Below the pieces are notes generated by a model. That model worked only from the letters and a program-made list of their open reading frames with translations, was not told the origin of the DNA and searched no databases. A stretch of 34,416 nucleotides of DNA, taken from the NCBI GenBank assembly GCA_038214755.1, contig JBBQRQ010000053.1, positions 1 through 34,416 of the forward strand, in the 5' to 3' direction. Origin of the DNA: Verrucomicrobiota bacterium. GTDB lineage: Bacteria > Verrucomicrobiota > Verrucomicrobiia > Limisphaerales > CANJXF01. Shown piece by piece: positions 1 through 8,331 of this stretch; position 1 is the stretch's first letter, and the number at the start of each line of letters is the position of its first letter. Both the position numbers and the translations under genes were made by a program.

Positions 1-222
1 CTCCTGAATCGTGCCGTCTTCGCCGAAGGTTCCGTGCAACGCGAGAAAAACAACGTCTGTTTCTCCAGGCAACGACCAGATCGTTTCGACCGGATCAAGT
101 TCGCGGACGTGATGTCCGAGCGAACGCAAGGCTTTCGCCACGGCAGCTCCCGTTCGCAGAGAAACTTCGCGTTCTGCGGATGAGCCGCCCAGCATCACTG
201 TGATATTTAATTTTTCAGACAT
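1..222 (-). CDS. ddl: D-alanine--D-alanine ligase, 5' part (runs off the window)
   Basis: Manual translation from ATG at 222: MSEKLNITVMLGGSSAEREVSLRTGAAVAKAL...DVVFLALHGTFGEDGTIQE, with the GGxSxEREVS and LHGxxGEDG motifs; downstream of murB. Confidence 0.95.
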   Translation of the reverse strand, partial: MSEKLNITVMLGGSSAEREVSLRTGAAVAKALRSLGHHVRELDPVETIWSLPGETDVVFLALHGTFGEDGTIQE

Positions 223-351
223 GAAAAATGTTTTTCCCCGGGTAGCATCTGCCTCTGGCGGGTGCGTGAACACTTCCGTTTTTTCCGTGAGAAAAACGAA
301 CGCCGCGACAAATCTTTTCGCACCCGCCAGAGGCAGATGCTACCCCGTCGA

Positions 352-446
352 AAGGCTTTCGCCGCCGCCGCTCCCGTTCGCAGAGAAACTTCGCGTTCTG
401 CGGATGAGCCGCCCAGCATCACTGTGATATTTAATTTTTCAGACAT
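352..446 (-). pseudogene. Truncated duplicate of ddl 5' end (copy 2)
   Basis: MSEKLNITVMLGGSSAEREVSLRTGAAAAKAF, then reads into the palindrome and stops at 207. Confidence 0.85.
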
Positions 447-575
447 GGAAAAAAAATATCCCCGGGTAGCATCTGCCTCCGGCGGGTGCGTGAACACTTC
501 CCGTTTTTCCCGGGAGAAAAGTGAACACCGCGACAGGTCTTTTCGCACCCGCCAGAGGCAGATGCTACCCGGGGA

Positions 576-670
576 AAGGCTTTCGCCGCCGCCGCTCCGG
601 TGCGCAGAGAAACTTGGCGTTCGGCGGAAGAGCCGCCGAGCATCACTGTGATATTTAATTTTTCAGACAT
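576..670 (-). pseudogene. Truncated duplicate of ddl 5' end (copy 3)
   Basis: MSEKLNITVMLGGSSAERQVSLRTGAAAAKAF, then reads into the palindrome and stops at 431. Confidence 0.85.
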
Positions 671-809
671 GGAAAAAAAATATTCCCCGGGTAGCATCTG
701 CCTCCGGCGGGTGCGTGAACACTTCCCCTTTTTTTTCCGGGAGAAAAGCGAACGCCGCGACAAATCTTTTCGCACCCGCCAGAGGCAGATGCTACCCGGC
801 GAAACACCC

Positions 810-1745
810 TCACGATTCACCTCCGACAATTTCCACCTCGGTGCGCAACTCAATTCCGCGAGCGGCTTTGGCGCGTTGTTGAATCAACTCGATCAAATCC
901 AAAACATTTTGCGCGGTCGCACTGCCGTCGTTGACGATAAAATTCCCGTGAACCTCCGAGACGCTCGCGCCGCCGACCCGAGTTCCTTTGAGACCAAGTT
1001 CGTCAATCAATTTGCCGACGGGAATGGTGGCGGGATTTTTAAAAATGCAACCGGCGCTCGGCTCTTTCGGCTGCGATTCCCAGCGTTTGGCGCTGAACGT
1101 TTTCATTCGTTCCGCAATGACTTCACTCGACGCCTTTTCACCACGAAGAGTAGCGGACAACGCGATTTGATTTTTCAACAACGGACAACTGCGATACTCG
1201 ACGGCGATCTCGCTGCGCTTCAATTCCTGAATTTCTCCGGCCCGATTCATCACGCGAATTTTTTCCACGACATCGAACATCGCGTCGCCCATCGCGCCGG
1301 CATTCATGCGCAACGCGCCGCCGACATTTCCGGGAATGCCTTCGAGAAATTCCAGACCGGTCAGACTGTTTTTTCGCGCTTCGACGGAAACGGTTTTCAA
1401 CTTTGCTCCCGCGCCGCACTGCAAAAGTTCTCCATCGACTTTGATCTGAGAAAAATTTAGATGGCCCAGGGAAATCACGAACCCGCGAAGGCCAGAGTCT
1501 TTGATCAAAAGATTGGAGCCGCGACCCATCACAAAAAATGGCAATTCTTTTTCGGCGCAAAATTGGAGGACGCGCGCGAGGTCGGATTCGGAAACCGGCT
1601 CAACGTAAAAATCGGCCGGCCCGCCAACACGCAGCGTCGTCTTTTTCGCGAGCGGTTCGTCGCAACGCAAAATGGTTTGTGGCGAAAGTTTTTCAGCCAA
1701 CTCAGCGGCGAATTGCTCTTTGGAAATAGCGAGCGTTTCAAACAT
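810..1745 (-). CDS. murB: UDP-N-acetylenolpyruvoylglucosamine reductase
   Basis: TTLRVGGPAD, GRGSNLL, GIPGNVGGALRMNAGA, SAGCIFKNP, HGNFIVN motifs. Confidence 0.96.
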   Translation of the reverse strand: MFETLAISKEQFAAELAEKLSPQTILRCDEPLAKKTTLRVGGPADFYVEPVSESDLARVLQFCAEKELPFFVMGRGSNLLIKDSGLRGFVISLGHLNFSQIKVDGELLQCGAGAKLKTVSVEARKNSLTGLEFLEGIPGNVGGALRMNAGAMGDAMFDVVEKIRVMNRAGEIQELKRSEIAVEYRSCPLLKNQIALSATLRGEKASSEVIAERMKTFSAKRWESQPKEPSAGCIFKNPATIPVGKLIDELGLKGTRVGGASVSEVHGNFIVNDGSATAQNVLDLIELIQQRAKAARGIELRTEVEIVGGES

Positions 1746-2011
1746 GGGCTGCCTCCGATTTGCGCCGGTTCAGTATTTCCGAAGAGCAGCGCGCCCCGAT
1801 GTAGGGCAGGCTTTCGAGCCTGCCAGTTACGAAACTTTCCAGTTTCGTTAAAATTATTGGAGATCGTTTCGCCGGGACTGGAGAGTCTCTTCGCTTTCCC
1901 GGGACTGGAAAGTCCCCGCAACCGGCAGGCTGGAAAGCCTGCCCTACGAATTGCTTTTTGGAAATAGCGAGCGTTTCAAACATGGGCTGCCTCCGATTTC
2001 ATCCGGTTCAG
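1709..2011. repeat. 65-bp direct repeat of the murG-stop/murB-start junction (1709-1773 and 1947-2011) enclosing REP-like doublet family B (1801-1947)
   Basis: cgaattgctYtttggaaatagcgagcgtttcaaacatgggctgcctccgattt...ccggttcag twice, 238 bp apart; arms gtagggcaggctttcgagcctgcc / ggcaggctggaaagcctgccctac. Confidence 0.93.
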
Positions 2012-3175
2012 CGGCTCTGAAAACACAACGTTCTTTTTCGAGGAATTTTCCAACGCGCGTTTTGAGGCCGGCTCCGAAATCGTGGAGAGAATAACGTCGG
2101 CGATTTCTCCAGCGGCATCGGGCGAATGCCATTGACTCAGCGCGGCTTTAATCCTCTTCCGCTCTTTTTCGTTTTCGATCAACTCGATAACGGCGCGGGA
2201 AAAATGTTCCGCCGTCGCGCCGGATTGCTGGAATATTTTGGCCGCGCCTGAATCGACGAAAGCCAGCGCGTTGTAAAATTGATGGTCATCGGTCGCGAAC
2301 GGATACGGAATCAAAATGGAAGGAAGCCGCGTCGCCGCCAACTCGGCGAGCGAAGAAGCGCCGGAGCGGCACACGGCAATGGTCGCCGCGCTGAGAGCGA
2401 GTTCCATTTCGGTCAGCAGCGGACGCACGACTGCTTTTCGATTTTCCGCAGCGTAGGCGTTTTGGATTTTTTCAAAATCGCTCGTCCCGGTCAGATGCAA
2501 AAATTGCAAGTCGGGCAAATGCGCGGTGAGACCGGGCAAGGCCGACAAAACTAAATTGTTGATTCCGGTCGCGCCCTGGCTTCCGCCCATCACGAGCAGC
2601 ACTGGTTTATCGGGTTGGAGTCCCAGCGCGATCCGCGCCGCGGGGGGGTCAATCGGCTCGGAAAATTGCGAGCGCACTGGCATGCCGGTCACGCGGGCGC
2701 GAGCAATGTTCATCCGGCCCGACGCTTCGTGGAAATAAACAAATGCTTCATCGACAACATGCGCGAGCCAGCGATTGGCGCGACCAGGAATGGAATTCGA
2801 CTCGTGCAAAAAAGTTTTCGCGCCCAAAATTTTTCCCGCGAGAATCGGCGGCGCGCTGGTGAATCCGCCCATGGCCAGAACGGCTGATGGAATTTTTTGT
2901 CGAAAAAGTTTTTGGACGGCGCGGTAGGATTTTGAAAAGCCAAAAACGAATCCTAATAAACTGCCGCGCGCCAGTCCGACCGCTGGTAACGTCACCACAT
3001 TTATTCCCACGACAGATTTAACGGCTTGTTGATCCACTTCCTTCGGCGAAATCAGGACGGTCACTTCGCAGTCGCGGCGGAGCAATTCTTCGGCGACCGC
3101 GAGGCCGGGAAAGAGATGTCCGCCCGTGCCGCCACAGGCGATGGCGATCCATGGAGTTGGCGCTGGGCGTTGCAT
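1976..3175 (-). CDS. murG: Undecaprenyldiphospho-muramoylpentapeptide beta-N-acetylglucosaminyltransferase
   Basis: GGTGGH, GGF, HESNSIPGRAN, GGSQGA, RSGASS, HQFYNA motifs; start set at ATG 3175, overlapping the ftsW stop (TGATG). Confidence 0.96.
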   Translation of the reverse strand: MQRPAPTPWIAIACGGTGGHLFPGLAVAEELLRRDCEVTVLISPKEVDQQAVKSVVGINVVTLPAVGLARGSLLGFVFGFSKSYRAVQKLFRQKIPSAVLAMGGFTSAPPILAGKILGAKTFLHESNSIPGRANRWLAHVVDEAFVYFHEASGRMNIARARVTGMPVRSQFSEPIDPPAARIALGLQPDKPVLLVMGGSQGATGINNLVLSALPGLTAHLPDLQFLHLTGTSDFEKIQNAYAAENRKAVVRPLLTEMELALSAATIAVCRSGASSLAELAATRLPSILIPYPFATDDHQFYNALAFVDSGAAKIFQQSGATAEHFSRAVIELIENEKERKRIKAALSQWHSPDAAGEIADVILSTISEPASKRALENSSKKNVVFSEPLNRMKSEAAHV

Positions 3176-4302
3176 CAAGTTAGTTGAGGCGTGGGCGTCC
3201 GCTCTTCGAACGGGTTGGATTTCTTTTCCGCCACTTCCCTTCCTTGCCTCGCAATACTCAATAAAATTCCGACGGCGATGAGCATGATTAAAAGATTTGA
3301 GCCGCCATAGCTGATGAAGGGCAGGGGCATTCCTTTGTTCGGCAACGTGCTGGTGACGACGCCGATGTTGATGAAGGCCTGGAACCCAATCAGAAAAGTG
3401 ACGCCGGAACCAAGCAGCAAACCAAACGTGTCCCGCGCGCGAGACGAAATAAAAATCCCGCAAATCACCAGTAGAATAAAAACCAGCACGACGGCGATCG
3501 TCGCGATCAAACCGAGTTCTTCGCCGATGATTGAAAAAATAAAATCGGTGTGATGTTCGGGAACGAATCCGAGTTTTTGCCGGCCATTGCCGAGGCCGAG
3601 ACCGGTCCAGCCTCCGGAGCCGAGGGCGATCATCGCTTGATACGCCTGATAGCCGACGCCCTCTTTGCTTTGCTCAGGATGAAGCCACGCGAGAATTCGT
3701 TTCATCCGCATTGGGTCGTAAAAAAACGAAACGGCCAATGCCGCGATTCCGAGCAACGCAGGCGGGACAATTATTTTCAAACGAACACCCGCGATGACCA
3801 GCATCGTCGCCGACACGGCCGCCAACAAAATTGTGCAACCGCGGTCCGGTTCAATAAAAATAAGCGAGAGGATCAGTCCGATAAAAATTCCTGGCACAAC
3901 GAGTCCGCGGAAAAAAGTTCCCATCTGGCGTTGGTAACGTTCGCCGTAATGCGCGATGAAAATAATCAGCGCAATTTTGGCTAGTTCGGAGGGTTGAAAA
4001 CGAATTGCACCGTGACCGATCCAGCGGCGCGCGCCGTTGACTTTGATTCCGACTTGCGGCGCGAAAACCAACGCCAGAAGAACGACGGACAGAGCGAGGA
4101 GCGGCAAGGAGATTTTTTTGAGATGATGATAATCGAGAGTGGCCGCGATGGTGGCGCCGACCAAACCGAGGGCGCACCAAACGAGTTGCATCATCAAATA
4201 ATGAGCGCCGACTTGCGCGGTGCTTGAGCTGTAGAGAATGACCATCCCCAGCGACAAAAGAGCGGCGACGCAAAAAAATAACGTGGTGGTCGCGAGCTTC
4301 AT
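3175..4302 (-). CDS. ftsW: SEDS-family peptidoglycan polymerase FtsW
   Basis: GARRWI, FQPSELAK, PEHHTDFIFSIIGEELG, PFISYGGS; dcw context. Confidence 0.95.
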   Translation of the reverse strand: MKLATTTLFFCVAALLSLGMVILYSSSTAQVGAHYLMMQLVWCALGLVGATIAATLDYHHLKKISLPLLALSVVLLALVFAPQVGIKVNGARRWIGHGAIRFQPSELAKIALIIFIAHYGERYQRQMGTFFRGLVVPGIFIGLILSLIFIEPDRGCTILLAAVSATMLVIAGVRLKIIVPPALLGIAALAVSFFYDPMRMKRILAWLHPEQSKEGVGYQAYQAMIALGSGGWTGLGLGNGRQKLGFVPEHHTDFIFSIIGEELGLIATIAVVLVFILLVICGIFISSRARDTFGLLLGSGVTFLIGFQAFINIGVVTSTLPNKGMPLPFISYGGSNLLIMLIAVGILLSIARQGREVAEKKSNPFEERTPTPQLT

Positions 4303-4317
4303 TTAAGTGGAAAAGAG

Positions 4318-4425
4318 GTAGCGCAGGTTTTTAACCTGCCGTATCGCGGGTTTGCAACCCGCTGGAGGTCGCGATGCCCTGCCGGTTGCAAACCGGCGAT
4401 ACAGCAGCTTGCAAAGCTGCGCTGC
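4318..4425. repeat. REP-like composite palindrome, family C
   Basis: gtagcgcaggtttttaacctgc...gtatcgc...gcgatac...gcagcttgcaaagctgcgctgc, four short hairpins in nested inverted arrangement; related copy at 33302-33430. Confidence 0.8.
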
Positions 4426-4567
4426 GGTTCTAATGCGATGATCGTGAGTCGTGGTCGAGTCGAAGCGGAATAAATTCCGCGCTCCTGTCGCGAGACGTTG
4501 CTGGCTCAACTGCATGGTTCCAGTTGGAGTTCCGTAAAAAACTTGTTGGTCAGCATTCAAAGTTGAA

Positions 4568-4596
4568 GGACGCCGGGACGAGGAATTCCGGCGTCC
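4568..4596 (-). terminator. GC-rich hairpin just downstream of the LysM gene (possible terminator or processing site)
   Basis: ggacgccgg-11 nt-ccggcgtcc; weak U-tract. Confidence 0.4.
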
Positions 4597-4604
4597 CTGA
4601 AAAT

Positions 4605-5312
4605 TTATTTCGCCGGAGGCAATGGCGTTACATATCCGGGACTGGCCAGCGGTTCGTTGTTGGAAGTTTTCGGGGCGGGCAATTTTAATTTCTGCCCGGG
4701 CCGGATCATCGTCGTTTTCATATTGTTCAAACGCATGATGGTCTTGGCAGTGGTGCCGTGGGAGCGCGCGATTTTTTCCAACATATCTCCGGCTCTCACC
4801 ACATACGTGGTGGTGTTGCCGTCGGCAGTCGCGGTGGTCATCGTCGCCGGTGCGGCCGTAGCGGAACTAGACGCCGCCGGAATCTGCAATTTTTGTCCGA
4901 CCTTTAACTTGTTGGAATTCACGCCGGGATTGGCTTGTTCAATCGCCTTCCAGGAGACTCCATATTTTTTAGCGATGGAAGAAAGGGTGTCGCCTTTCGC
5001 CACGACATATTCCTGGCCAGCCGAAGGAGCAGTGAATGGAACTGGCGGAATGGGAACGTCCACTGGATTGGTCGCAGCGGTGACATTGGTGGCCGGCGGA
5101 TTCGTCGGTTCGACAAAGGGCGGAACGTAGGGAGTAGTGTTGGTGTCCGTCATTTCCGCCGGCTTGGTTTCAGGTTTTTTGCAACCTTGCATGAGCAGGC
5201 CGCCGATGAAGACGACATGAATGGCCGCAATCGTAAAAAAAGCGATGCGGACGGTGGATTTTCCCCGCGCTGGGAGCGAGCCCTGCGGGACGAGTGGATT
5301 TGGAGTATTCAT
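4605..5312 (-). CDS. Membrane-anchored protein with two LysM peptidoglycan-binding domains
   Basis: N-terminal hydrophobic helix, Pro/Thr linker, YVVAKGDTLSSIAKKYG and YVVRAGDMLEKIARSHG repeats. Confidence 0.92.
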   Translation of the reverse strand: MNTPNPLVPQGSLPARGKSTVRIAFFTIAAIHVVFIGGLLMQGCKKPETKPAEMTDTNTTPYVPPFVEPTNPPATNVTAATNPVDVPIPPVPFTAPSAGQEYVVAKGDTLSSIAKKYGVSWKAIEQANPGVNSNKLKVGQKLQIPAASSSATAAPATMTTATADGNTTTYVVRAGDMLEKIARSHGTTAKTIMRLNNMKTTMIRPGQKLKLPAPKTSNNEPLASPGYVTPLPPAK

Positions 5313-5474
5313 TTTGTTTTGGCGCTGGTGCGTTATTTTTTTGAGGTGAGTTATTAGTTTTTTGCGCCGGGGTTTTCCCTCAAAAAACCTCGAGGCAAAT
5401 TAAATTTTAGTTGTGATTTTTTATTGTCAGCTTCACCCGCTTAATTCAGGTTCGCGCTTCAATTAGATTTTATC

Positions 5475-5504
5475 CTAAAATTTTTTATTTTCGAGCGCGA
5501 ACAT
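5475..5504 (-). pseudogene. 9-codon stub MFALENKKF*, possible remnant of murD start
   Basis: ATG overlaps the mraY stop (TGATG) at the position where murD normally begins; resembles MurD N-termini (M..L.NKKVLV.GLG). Confidence 0.45.
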
Positions 5505-6658
5505 CAGCGAATTTTCAAAGTGCTTAACGCGACCACCGCGCAGAGCACGCACAAAATATAAAACCGAGTGACCACCTGCGATTCGTACCAACCCTTTTTT
5601 TCAAAATGATGATGCAACGGGGCCATCAGAAAAACTCTTCGGCCCGCGCCGGAGGTGAGCTTGGTATATTTGAACCAGCCGCGCTGAATGATGACCGAAC
5701 CCGCTTCGGCCACAAAAACTCCTCCGGCAATAACCAGCACCAGCGGTTGATGAATGAGCACCGCAATAATTCCCAGCACGCCACCGAGCGGCAACGAGCC
5801 GGTATCACCCATGAAGACTTGCGCGGGATGACAATTGAACCAGAGAAAACCGAGACCCGCTCCAATCATGCCTGCGCAAAAAACGGTCAACTCTCCTGCT
5901 CCCGCGACGTGCGGCACTTGCAAATATTTTGAGATAACGGCATTGCCCGAAACATACGTCAGCACGAGAAAAACAAATGACACAATGACGGTGCAGCCAA
6001 TGGCCAGCCCATCCAGACCATCGGTCAAATTCACCGCGTTGGAACTTCCGACGATGGTCAGGACGGTCAGCACAATTCCAACGAGCGCGCTGGCCGATCC
6101 AAGCCTCAAGGGATTTTTGTAAAACGGAACCATGACCTCCGTAATTAATTTGCTCGTCGATGGAAGTTTCCAAAGATAAAGAGCGATGAACAACGCGAGG
6201 ATTCCTTGCACCCAAAGTTTAATATGCGAGGCCGCGCCTTTGCTGTTTTGCTGGGTGATTTTTGCGTAGTCGTCGTAAAAACCGAGTCCCGCCATCACGA
6301 CCGCCGAGAGCAGCGTCAGCAGAATCAGCGTGTTCCATTGCGCCCACAGCAACGCGGTCAAATCCAAGACCAGCACGATGAGAACTCCGCCCATCGTCGG
6401 GGTGCCGCGTTTGCTCAAAACTCGTGCGCCAAATTTTCCAGTCTCTTCAGCTTTGTCGTCGTAGTCCTGGCCGAATCTTAATTTTTTCAACCAGGCAATA
6501 ATTCTTGGGCCAAGCCACAAACTTAAAAGCAACGCCGTGATCGCCGCCCCCGCGCTGCGAAAAGTGATGTAACGAAACAAGCGCAAGGGCGAGAAGGTGT
6601 TTTCCCATGGCGTGTCCGCCGTCGCGTCGATTAAAATTTGGCTGAGGTAGAAAAACAT
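5504..6658 (-). CDS. mraY: Phospho-N-acetylmuramoyl-pentapeptide transferase
   Basis: KRGTPTMGG, GFYDDY, NAVNLTDGLDGLA, VFMGDTGS, MAPLHHHFE; start set at MFFYLSQ because the upstream extension is repeat-derived. Confidence 0.96.
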   Translation of the reverse strand: MFFYLSQILIDATADTPWENTFSPLRLFRYITFRSAGAAITALLLSLWLGPRIIAWLKKLRFGQDYDDKAEETGKFGARVLSKRGTPTMGGVLIVLVLDLTALLWAQWNTLILLTLLSAVVMAGLGFYDDYAKITQQNSKGAASHIKLWVQGILALFIALYLWKLPSTSKLITEVMVPFYKNPLRLGSASALVGIVLTVLTIVGSSNAVNLTDGLDGLAIGCTVIVSFVFLVLTYVSGNAVISKYLQVPHVAGAGELTVFCAGMIGAGLGFLWFNCHPAQVFMGDTGSLPLGGVLGIIAVLIHQPLVLVIAGGVFVAEAGSVIIQRGWFKYTKLTSGAGRRVFLMAPLHHHFEKKGWYESQVVTRFYILCVLCAVVALSTLKIR

Positions 6659-6678
6659 TAGCGTGTTCGGAGGAGATT

Positions 6679-6744
6679 GGAGCGCCGGTTTGCAACCGGC
6701 TTTGGACAGGAGAACGCGCAAAGCCGGTTGCAAATCGGCGCTCC
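6679..6744. repeat. REP-like doublet, family D (GGAG foot)
   Basis: ggagcgccggtttgcaaccggcttt ... aaagccggttgcaaatcggcgctcc; second copy at 13031-13100. Confidence 0.88.
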
Positions 6745-6772
6745 GTCCTCAGAATATAATTTCGCGCTCATC

Positions 6773-6952
6773 TCAATCATGCCGATATTTTGGAATCGCT
6801 GGTTCGTAAAAAATTTTCACATGACACGCCTGCGCCAATCGCAGCATGAATTGCGGAATGCCCTCGCTCCGCGCCAGCGCGCGTAAGTTTGTCCGGCGGG
6901 TTTTAGGGGCCGCGACTTTGGGCGGGCTTTTTTTCAACACAAGGTTTTGCAT
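6773..6952 (-). CDS. Possible small basic protein (59 aa)
   Basis: ATG 4 nt after the murF stop; MQNLVLKKSPPKVAAPKTRRTNLRALARSEGIPQFMLRLAQACHVKIFYEPAIPKYRHD; no recognised motif. Confidence 0.3.
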   Translation of the reverse strand: MQNLVLKKSPPKVAAPKTRRTNLRALARSEGIPQFMLRLAQACHVKIFYEPAIPKYRHD

Positions 6953-6956
6953 AAAA

Positions 6957-8330
6957 TTAATTGCGCAACATTTCTCCGATGCGCTCGAGGCGGGCGGCGC
7001 GCGACGCTTTCAATAAAACGACGTCACCCGGTCGCAAAAAATTTTTCAAAGATTCACCCGCCATTTCGATTTCAGGAAATTCAGCGCTGGCGGAAAGTCC
7101 GGCTGCGCGAGCGGAACTGGCGGTCGCTCGCGCCATCGTTCCCACCGCAAAGAGATGGTTAATCCCAAGTTCGGCGGCGCGACGGCCCACTTCGGCGTGC
7201 GCGGGAATGGATTCTTCGCCGAGTTCGGCCATATCGCCCAGCACAGCCACCCGCCGGCCCCTGCATGGGAAATCCCGCAACGTTTCCAACGCGGCCAGCA
7301 TCGAATCCGCATTGGCGTTGTAGCTGTCATCCAGAATTTGAACGCCGTCCACCGTCCAGAGTTGCAGGCGCATTTTCGGGGCGTCGCATTCCAACAAGCC
7401 GCGCTGAATTTCCTCGCGGCTCAAGCCCAGTTCTCCCGCGACCGTCAAAGCCAGCAGCGCGTTGATCACCTGATGACGTCCCAAAAGTTTGATTCGATAT
7501 TCGCCGCGCAAATGCTTCTGAAAAGTGTCGGCTAAAAACGTGACACCGCTTTCGTCAAATCGAACATCGCGCGCGATGCAATCATTTTTCTCGCTCAAGC
7601 CAACCCGTAAAACTTTCGTGGAACTGCGTCGGATAATCGGCTCCATCCATTCGTTGTCCCCGTTAACAAAGAGCGTTCCATCGGCGGGCAAAACCTCCGC
7701 CACTTCTCCCTCTTCCCGGGCGACTCCCGCGAGGTCGCCAAAAAATTCCAGATGTTCGCGACCGATGTTGGTGATCACGCCGTGGGTCGGGCGAATCCAT
7801 TGCAATAAAGGTGCCAGTTCGCCGGGGTGATTCGTTCCCACTTCGATCGCGGCAACCTGATGGTCGCGGCTTAGTTTCAAAAGTGTGACCGGCACACCGA
7901 TTTCGTTGTTGAAACTGGCTTCGCTCCACAGCGTGGAAAATTTTTGGCGCAGGACCGCTGCGAGCAAATCTTTCGTGGTCGTTTTTCCGTTCGAGCCGCC
8001 GACGGCGATAATGGGCAAATCAAAATCCAGGCGATAGCGAGCCGACAGTTTGCCCAGCGCGGCGCGCGTGTTGTCCACCGCGATGACAGTCGTGAAAAAA
8101 TCCTCGGGAATTTTATTCCGCTCGGCCACCACTGCGATGACTCCGGTCTTGGCGACTTGCAACAAAAAGGTGTGCGCGTCGAAACGTTCTCCCTTCAGCG
8201 CGAAAAACAAATCGCCCGGTCCCGCTTTGCGCGAGTCGGTGCAAATATTTGTCGCCAGCCGGTGGGGCGAGCCGTTGCGCAATTCGCCGCCACAAGCCTC
8301 CGCTAAATATTTGAGAGAGCGCGGTTCCAT
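6957..8330 (-). CDS. murF: UDP-N-acetylmuramoyl-tripeptide--D-alanyl-D-alanine ligase
   Basis: TDSR, GERFDAH, GSNGKTTTK, SFNNEIGVP, EVGTNHPGE, DDSYNAN, LGDMAELG, LKASR. Confidence 0.95.
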   Translation of the reverse strand: MEPRSLKYLAEACGGELRNGSPHRLATNICTDSRKAGPGDLFFALKGERFDAHTFLLQVAKTGVIAVVAERNKIPEDFFTTVIAVDNTRAALGKLSARYRLDFDLPIIAVGGSNGKTTTKDLLAAVLRQKFSTLWSEASFNNEIGVPVTLLKLSRDHQVAAIEVGTNHPGELAPLLQWIRPTHGVITNIGREHLEFFGDLAGVAREEGEVAEVLPADGTLFVNGDNEWMEPIIRRSSTKVLRVGLSEKNDCIARDVRFDESGVTFLADTFQKHLRGEYRIKLLGRHQVINALLALTVAGELGLSREEIQRGLLECDAPKMRLQLWTVDGVQILDDSYNANADSMLAALETLRDFPCRGRRVAVLGDMAELGEESIPAHAEVGRRAAELGINHLFAVGTMARATASSARAAGLSASAEFPEIEMAGESLKNFLRPGDVVLLKASRAARLERIGEMLRN

Positions 8331-8331
8331 T

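Larger units (their letters stand above)
128..803. repeat. Three tandem ~224-bp units, each = first ~32 codons of ddl + REP-like doublet (family A)
   Basis: aaggctttcgcc recurs at 128/352/576 and the ddl ATG at 222/446/670; inverted arms gggtagcatctgcctcYggcgggtgcg bound elements at about 240-345, 464-570 and 689-797. Confidence 0.95.

Noticed and set aside
128..803. CRISPR array
   Set aside because: Period is 224 bp, the intervening sequences are near-identical ddl fragments rather than unique spacers, and no cas genes are present
128..803. Pure assembly artefact
   Set aside because: The three units differ at many positions with codon-structured substitutions; not fully excluded without reads
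200..853. Listed ORFs 200-427, 262-651, 207-548, 431-853 as real genes
   Set aside because: They are translations of the repeat units; only the portions starting at the ddl-like ATGs are interpretable
1944..2132. murC remnant in an alternative frame at the murG 3' end
   Set aside because: No recognisable MurC motif (e.g. GIGGxGMS); cannot be supported
4303..4560. 85-aa ORF upstream of ftsW
   Set aside because: TTG start, nearly half is family C palindrome, no recognisable domain
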